A stretch of 64,000 bases of DNA, taken from NCBI GenBank assembly GCA_964416445.1, contig CAYQEE010000004.1, forward strand, positions 47,868-111,867, given 5' to 3'. The stretch is from an uncultured Gammaproteobacteria bacterium (GTDB lineage: Bacteria > Patescibacteriota > Microgenomatia > Levybacterales > UBA12049). The notes under the pieces are model-generated. The model was not told the DNA's origin, did not search any database, and saw nothing but the letters and a program-made list of their open reading frames with translations. Of this stretch, positions 58,695-64,000 are shown piece after piece; within the stretch, counting starts at the first letter, position 1; each line of letters opens with the position of its first letter. The translations under genes were made by a program, and so were the position numbers.

Positions 58695-59081
58695 ATGCAG
58701 ATGATTGCACTCATTACCGTTTTGGTAGCCTTTACTGTTTATTTTTCAACGCAAAATACGGTTGGAGTAACACTTCGTTTCGCAGATAAAACCCTTGCTA
58801 TTTTCCCTTTATACGTTATCGTCATTTTTGCATTACTTTTTGGATTTCTTATATCATATATCTTTACGTTAGCGTATCGAATATCTTCCGAAAATGAAAA
58901 GAAAAAAGGCAAATTACTTGTGCATGATGAAGAAACTATTATTAAAAATTTAAAAAAAAGGATTATAGAGTTAGAAGAAACACAAGCACAGCTAAAAATA
59001 CAAATTGCAGCGTATGAAAAGCATATTTCACCTCCTAAGTCTTCCTCAGTAACCAAAAATCAGATTGATGAGTCACAATGA
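58695..59081 (+). CDS. LapA/DUF1049 family membrane protein
   Basis: Two TM flanking FSTQN..V, then a coiled coil. Confidence 0.75.
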   Translation: MQMIALITVLVAFTVYFSTQNTVGVTLRFADKTLAIFPLYVIVIFALLFGFLISYIFTLAYRISSENEKKKGKLLVHDEETIIKNLKKRIIELEETQAQLKIQIAAYEKHISPPKSSSVTKNQIDESQ

Positions 59082-59096
59082 ACTCACCAATCTGAT
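59059..59096. terminator. Hairpin between convergent genes
   Basis: ATCAGATTGATGAGT...ACTCACCAATCTGAT inverted repeat with one mismatch. Confidence 0.55.
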
Positions 59097-59100
59097 AATT

Positions 59101-59253
59101 TTAGATTGTTGCTCTTCCCGTGACAAATCTTGCAAGGAATATTACTAATGCCACTACAAGCAAGAGATGAATTAATCCCCCACCTATGTTAAGTGCAACT
59201 CCACCCAACCAGGCGATAAGTAACACCATTGCGACTATCTCTAAAAGACCCAT
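59101..59253 (-). CDS. lmo0937/DUF5670-like small membrane protein (50 aa; not in ORF track)
   Basis: MGLLEIVAMVLLIAWLGGVALNIGGGLIHLLLVVALVIFLARFVTGRATI; AAAGGAGG RBS. Confidence 0.88.
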   Translation of the reverse strand: MGLLEIVAMVLLIAWLGGVALNIGGGLIHLLLVVALVIFLARFVTGRATI

Positions 59254-59340
59254 AATTCCCTCCTTTCTGTTTAAGAATAGAATATTTCATTAAATCAGAG
59301 ATATAAAAAGCGCAAGAATAAGGTAAGTATGTTTTCAATA

Positions 59341-60666
59341 TTATTTGTGTATCGGAATTTGAAAATAAAATGTTGACCCTTTTCCTTTATAACTTTCTAC
59401 CCATATTTTCCCTTTATGAAATTTGACAATTTCTTTTGAAACGAATAATCCAATGCCAAATCCAGGGGACGTTTTTGCATCAACATTAATTTGATACAAA
59501 CGATCAAATATTTTATCTTGATATTTTGGTTCAATTCCAATTCCAAAATCTTCTATACTAACGGTAACCATATCTTTTACTCTTTGTGTACTAATAATAA
59601 CTTTACCCCCATCAGGAGAATACTTTATGGCATTGGTAATCAGATTAACGAGGACTTGATAAATTCTATACCGATCAGCTTCAATGAGTTTTCCAATCTT
59701 TCCTTTTATTATTATTTTATGTTTGTTTGTTATTCCTTGAATCTCATCTCTTGTGTCCTTAATAAGCACGTCTAAATTGAATTTTTCATATTCATATTTC
59801 ATTTTACCTGTTTGTATTCTCGCCAAGTCAAGAAAGTCAGTAATTAATGAATTGAGCTTTGTTGTTTGTGCTTCAATTTTTGCAATATAACGTTTTGCTT
59901 GTATTTTTTGATTTTCATTAATTTTTTTCAGTAGAACATGCAGATAAATATTTAAACTGGTAATTGGTGTCTTTAATTCATGGCTGGCAAGGTTAAAGAA
60001 TTCATCTTTATTTTTTTCTAATTCAGTTCGTTTTGCAAATTCTCTATTGATTAAATAATAGGTTAATAAAATAAGCACAATATTGAGTATCCCAGTAAAT
60101 GCTGAAGTTACAAAAAGAGTAGTATAGTTATGATCTGTTTCTGATTTTCTTAGTGCTAATAACCCCATCTCATTATTTTCCAGAGAAATAATAATATTCC
60201 GAATTTCATTCATCTTTTGTTTCCCCTGATCTTCTTCGGTTTGAATGAAAGACTGGGAAGCGTCTAAACCTTGGGTATTTATAGCGTTAATTCCTTGCTG
60301 TAATAATGAAAGTCGTTGATTTACATCTTGTTTTAATATGTTTATTCGTTTTTGAATAAATGAGTTATCCCTCGTTAGATTTTCTATTGTTGCAATATGT
60401 TTTTGAATTACTGGAGTTGATTGTTGATATGGTTGCAAATAACTTTCATCGTTTGTTAATAAATATCCTCTTTCACCAGTTTCGGCATTTATTAATGCTA
60501 TCAATGTTCTATCTAATTCACTATTGACCGCGTAGGCTCGATTTACTAGTTTAGTATTATTAAAAATAATAACCAGATTTTGATAGGTTAAGATGACATC
60601 ACCTATGGTAAATAACAATGTTAGAATTACTGCGAATATAATAAACCTGCCATAGGGTGTCTTCAT
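59341..60666 (-). CDS. CHASE3-domain sensor histidine kinase
   Basis: NAETGERGYLLT, ASHELKTP, NLITNAIKYS, DFGIGI, GFGIGL, GKGSTF. Confidence 0.95.
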   Translation of the reverse strand: MKTPYGRFIIFAVILTLLFTIGDVILTYQNLVIIFNNTKLVNRAYAVNSELDRTLIALINAETGERGYLLTNDESYLQPYQQSTPVIQKHIATIENLTRDNSFIQKRINILKQDVNQRLSLLQQGINAINTQGLDASQSFIQTEEDQGKQKMNEIRNIIISLENNEMGLLALRKSETDHNYTTLFVTSAFTGILNIVLILLTYYLINREFAKRTELEKNKDEFFNLASHELKTPITSLNIYLHVLLKKINENQKIQAKRYIAKIEAQTTKLNSLITDFLDLARIQTGKMKYEYEKFNLDVLIKDTRDEIQGITNKHKIIIKGKIGKLIEADRYRIYQVLVNLITNAIKYSPDGGKVIISTQRVKDMVTVSIEDFGIGIEPKYQDKIFDRLYQINVDAKTSPGFGIGLFVSKEIVKFHKGKIWVESYKGKGSTFYFQIPIHK

Positions 60667-60781
60667 ATCAATACTCTCATGAAGTATGAAAGATGGTAGA
60701 ATCTTACTACTTTCTTACAGATTTTGAAAGAGATACTTTGCGAGGCAGTTATCAGAGAGCATTTCTGAATCTATAAATGTC

Positions 60782-60940
60782 TTATTGAGGCCCTGCAGCA
60801 TGGGTAACTTGAGCATTTTGACCTACTGTTTGGTTAGCAAGATAGGTTGTTAACATAATACCAACTATTAAAGAAAAAAGAAAAACTAACGTAACAACAT
60901 CTTTCGTATTTCTTGATTCTTTATAGCTCGTTTTTTTCAT
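60782..60940 (-). CDS. Small single-TM protein (start uncertain)
   Basis: MKKTSYKESRNTKDVVTLVFLFSLIVGIMLTTYLANQTVGQNAQVTHAAGPQ. Confidence 0.55.
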   Translation of the reverse strand: MKKTSYKESRNTKDVVTLVFLFSLIVGIMLTTYLANQTVGQNAQVTHAAGPQ

Positions 60941-61013
60941 CCAAATAACCCCTATTTCTTTCATATCATTCCTTAACAATACTGTCAAGAGGAAAAGTAC
61001 TATTTTCCGTTTG

Positions 61014-62540
61014 TTACTCCCATTCCATTGTTGCTGGTGGTTTTGTAGTAATATCGTAAACGACTCGTGAAATATTCGGTACTTCATTAATAATTCTTGA
61101 TGAAATTTTTTGTAAAACATCATAAGGCAATTGTGACCAGGTAGAAGTCATAATATCATTAGATTCAACAACCCGAAGAGCAACCACTTCACCAAAAAAC
61201 TTTCCATCTCCTTTAACAGCCGTTGAAAAAGCACCGGTAAGTACCGGAAACGAAATAAAAACTTTTTCCAGTAATCCTACTTTCCTTAATTCTTCTAGAA
61301 TAATCCTATCTGACTGCTTTTCCTGGCTTAATCTTTCCGCTGTTACTTCACCTCGAATGCGGATTGCAAATCCAGGCCCAGGGAATGGTTGTTTCATGAC
61401 AAATTGTTCAGGCAACCCTAGCTTTCTTCCCAATTCCCTGACTTGGTCTTTATATAAATCTCGTAAAGGCTCAAGAAGAGTTAGTTTCATATTTTCAGGT
61501 AGTCCTCCTACATTATGGTGACTTTTTATTTTTGATGCATGCTTTGAACCTTGACTTTCGATAACATCTGAGTAAATCGTTCCTTGGAGAAGAAATTTAA
61601 CATCATGATCAGTTAACAGAAGTTTATTCATCTCTTGCTCAAATACTTCAATATAAAAATTTCCAATAACTTTACGTTTTTCTTCACTGTCAGTGACTCC
61701 TTGCAATCGTTGCAACATTTCTTTACGAACATTAACAATCACTGGGGTAATTCCATATTGTTCAAACGCTTTTTCAACTGTTTTTGCCGCATCTTCACGC
61801 ATCAATCCATTATCGACAAAAATTGGGGTAAACTGTTTGCCAATCGCTTTTGCTACTAAAGTACCTGCTACAGTTGAGTCAACTCCTCCAGATATGGCGC
61901 CAATAACATGATGCCCCTTAACTTTTTCTTGAATTTCTTTAATGAATATTTCAGGACTAATAGTAAAAGTTTTCGGTTTAACACCACAGATTTCAATAAA
62001 ATTTTTTAGAATTTGTTCACCAAACTCTGTGTGCTCTACTTCAGGATGAAATTGAATCATATATATTTTTTTCTTCTCATATTCCGCCGCGGTATTGGGA
62101 ACATGTGGTGTTGATCCAATAAGATTATATCCTTGAGGAATCTCTATGATCTCATCTCCATGACTCATCCATACCGTGAAGTCTTTTTTAACCCCTCGAA
62201 GTATTTTTGAAGTATCATCGAGTATAGAAAATAATGCAGGACCATATTCTTTTCTTCCAGAAATAACTTTTCCACCTAGAAGGTGCGCAGCTAATTGGAA
62301 TCCATAACAAATACCTAAAATTGGTATTCCTAAATCAAATATTGTCTTATCAATCGTCGGAGCATTTTTTTCATACACTGAAGAAGGTCCACCTGAGAGA
62401 ACTAATCCATCTGGCTTCTCTTTCTTAATTTCTTTTATTGCTTGCTCAGGATTAATAACCCTTGCTTGACAACCATAATCTCGAAGACGACGTGAAATCA
62501 GATGAGCTGTTTGTGAACCAAAATCAATAACAAAAATCAT
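61014..62540 (-). CDS. guaA: GMP synthase (glutamine-hydrolysing)
   Basis: DFGSQ, GICYG, QFHPE, SGGVDS, KSHHNVGG, KPPATMEWE. Confidence 0.98.
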   Translation of the reverse strand: MIFVIDFGSQTAHLISRRLRDYGCQARVINPEQAIKEIKKEKPDGLVLSGGPSSVYEKNAPTIDKTIFDLGIPILGICYGFQLAAHLLGGKVISGRKEYGPALFSILDDTSKILRGVKKDFTVWMSHGDEIIEIPQGYNLIGSTPHVPNTAAEYEKKKIYMIQFHPEVEHTEFGEQILKNFIEICGVKPKTFTISPEIFIKEIQEKVKGHHVIGAISGGVDSTVAGTLVAKAIGKQFTPIFVDNGLMREDAAKTVEKAFEQYGITPVIVNVRKEMLQRLQGVTDSEEKRKVIGNFYIEVFEQEMNKLLLTDHDVKFLLQGTIYSDVIESQGSKHASKIKSHHNVGGLPENMKLTLLEPLRDLYKDQVRELGRKLGLPEQFVMKQPFPGPGFAIRIRGEVTAERLSQEKQSDRIILEELRKVGLLEKVFISFPVLTGAFSTAVKGDGKFFGEVVALRVVESNDIMTSTWSQLPYDVLQKISSRIINEVPNISRVVYDITTKPPATMEWE

Positions 62541-62543
62541 AAC

Positions 62544-63692
62544 TTAATAATTTTCACCAGCATTAGTTATTAATACGTCGTGAGGATGACTTTCAGTAAG
62601 TGATGCCTGAGTAATTTGAATAAATTGAGATTTTTTCCATAATTCTTGAAGGTTTTTTGCGCCTATATAATAAAACCCTGACTTTATTCCTCCAAGGGCT
62701 TGATCAACGATATTTTGTACTGTTCCTTTTACTGGAACTAACCCTTCAACTCCTTCCGCAACTAAGACTCTATCATGGTAATTTTTCCCGTGAAATTCAT
62801 CTTCTGCTTTAATTTCTGCACCTTTTTTCATGGCGCCTACTGATCCCATTCCTCTATATTCTTTAAATAAATATTCGTCTTTATCTTTTTGAAAAATACT
62901 CTGAAACCTCCGAGGAACATGATTTCGATGGAGTAAAATAGTCTTCCCTGGAGCTTCTTCAGCAGCAGCAAAGAAGCTTCCCATCATAACTGCATTTGCC
63001 CCAATCGCTAAAGCTTTTACCATATCTCCTGAATATTTAATACCTCCATCTGCAATAACAGGAACCCCTTCCTTTTTAGCTACAGGCACAACATCTTGTA
63101 ACGCACTTATTTGAGGAACACCCATACCTGAAATAATACGGGTTGTACAAATAGCTCCAGGACCCATACCAACACGTAATCCATCAGCTCCCGCGGCAAT
63201 AAGTGCTTTTGCACCATCTGCCGTAGCAATACTTCCTGCGATAATATCAATATCAGGATAATGTTTTTTTATATAGGTAACCGTATCGATTACATGCTTT
63301 GCAAATCCATGTGCACTATCAACAACAATAAGTTTTACGCCTACAGAATATACAGCGGCGACACGCTTTTCGAATCCAGAACTTGCTCCAACTGAAACCC
63401 CTACTAGTAATTTTTGATCAATCACCTGTTTCGCTTCTTCTGCTTGCTGATCAATTGTTAAATTTCGGTGTATGATACCTATTCCCCCTAATTTTGCCAA
63501 TGCTATTGCAAGCTTTGACTCGGTAACAGTATCCATAGGTGACGAAATTAAAGGAATTTTAAGGCTAATTCTTTTTGATATGTGCGTGCTGAGGTCTATA
63601 TCGCTGCGCGAGAAATCAGAATAACCAGGGAGTAGCAAAATGTCATCAAATGTTAAACCAATAGGAAACGCATTCAATGTCTTATGCTCCAT
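62544..63692 (-). CDS. guaB: IMP dehydrogenase (no CBS domains)
   Basis: [45 protein letters not shown]. Confidence 0.97.
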   Translation of the reverse strand: MEHKTLNAFPIGLTFDDILLLPGYSDFSRSDIDLSTHISKRISLKIPLISSPMDTVTESKLAIALAKLGGIGIIHRNLTIDQQAEEAKQVIDQKLLVGVSVGASSGFEKRVAAVYSVGVKLIVVDSAHGFAKHVIDTVTYIKKHYPDIDIIAGSIATADGAKALIAAGADGLRVGMGPGAICTTRIISGMGVPQISALQDVVPVAKKEGVPVIADGGIKYSGDMVKALAIGANAVMMGSFFAAAEEAPGKTILLHRNHVPRRFQSIFQKDKDEYLFKEYRGMGSVGAMKKGAEIKAEDEFHGKNYHDRVLVAEGVEGLVPVKGTVQNIVDQALGGIKSGFYYIGAKNLQELWKKSQFIQITQASLTESHPHDVLITNAGENY

Positions 63693-63747
63693 AGTGTACT
63701 TTACTACGGAATAAGCTAAGTGTCAAGTGAAGGGTAATTTTCAGCTA

Positions 63748-64000
63748 TTATTTTTCCAGGGTAAGAAAAGTATATAAATAGTTTTTAGACGAACCTTCTC
63801 TTTTTTCTACCATTTTCGTAAACTGAGAGTAATCAGGAAAGTATACATCTGCTTGTGGAAAGGTTGCATGAACAATGGTTAAATAAAGCCTTGTAACTAG
63901 CGGTAATGCTTTTGAAAATAACTCTCCTCCTCCAATAATAAAAATTTCCTCAGTATTATCTCTTTGTGCTTCCTCGAGAGCCTCATTAAGCGAATGTGCA
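63748..64000 (-). CDS. folA: Dihydrofolate reductase, C-terminal part (truncated by window end)
   Basis: Hand translation ...HSLNEALEEAQRDNTEEIFIIGGGELFSKALPLVTRLYLTIVHATFPQADVYFPDY... Confidence 0.9.
   Translation of the reverse strand, partial: AHSLNEALEEAQRDNTEEIFIIGGGELFSKALPLVTRLYLTIVHATFPQADVYFPDYSQFTKMVEKREGSSKNYLYTFLTLEK

Noticed and set aside
1-64000. Alternative genetic code (TGA=Gly)
   Set aside because: Conserved genes are full-length under code 11, and TGA ends cysS and the hexokinase gene at expected positions.

Overview
AT-rich chromosomal segment of a small-genome bacterium, most likely Patescibacteria/CPR (Microgenomates-like). This is inferred from the short tsf, rpsB-tsf-frr without pyrH, CBS-less guaB, sortase, many S/T/P-rich membrane-anchored ORFans and frequent apparently leaderless genes. 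The standard genetic code fits. Most of the window is housekeeping (cysS, proS, dnaX-ybaB, recR, two prs, nadDE, purFD, guaAB, glyA, zwf/pgl/gnd, partial folA). No rRNA, tRNA, CRISPR or transposase was seen. The main highlights are regulatory RNAs. (1) A methionine/SAM island at about 15.2-23.7 kb has three SAM-I riboswitches. Two are near-identical and each follows an EamA paralog; they control a BHMT-like methyltransferase plus a transsulfuration enzyme, and an uncharacterised FAD-dependent oxidoreductase plus an fRMsr-like GAF protein. The third controls metK. (2) A proline T-box upstream of proBAC has an ultrashort Stem I with the CCC specifier in its apical loop. Also notable: a candidate sRNA carrying a perfect extended Shine-Dalgarno sequence, a sortase next to an Asn-rich LPQTG substrate, a dockerin-like surface protein, and a ThDP-enzyme/ALDH pair resembling the 2-oxoglutarate decarboxylase/SSADH shunt. 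All calls come from reading the sequence; no database search was run.
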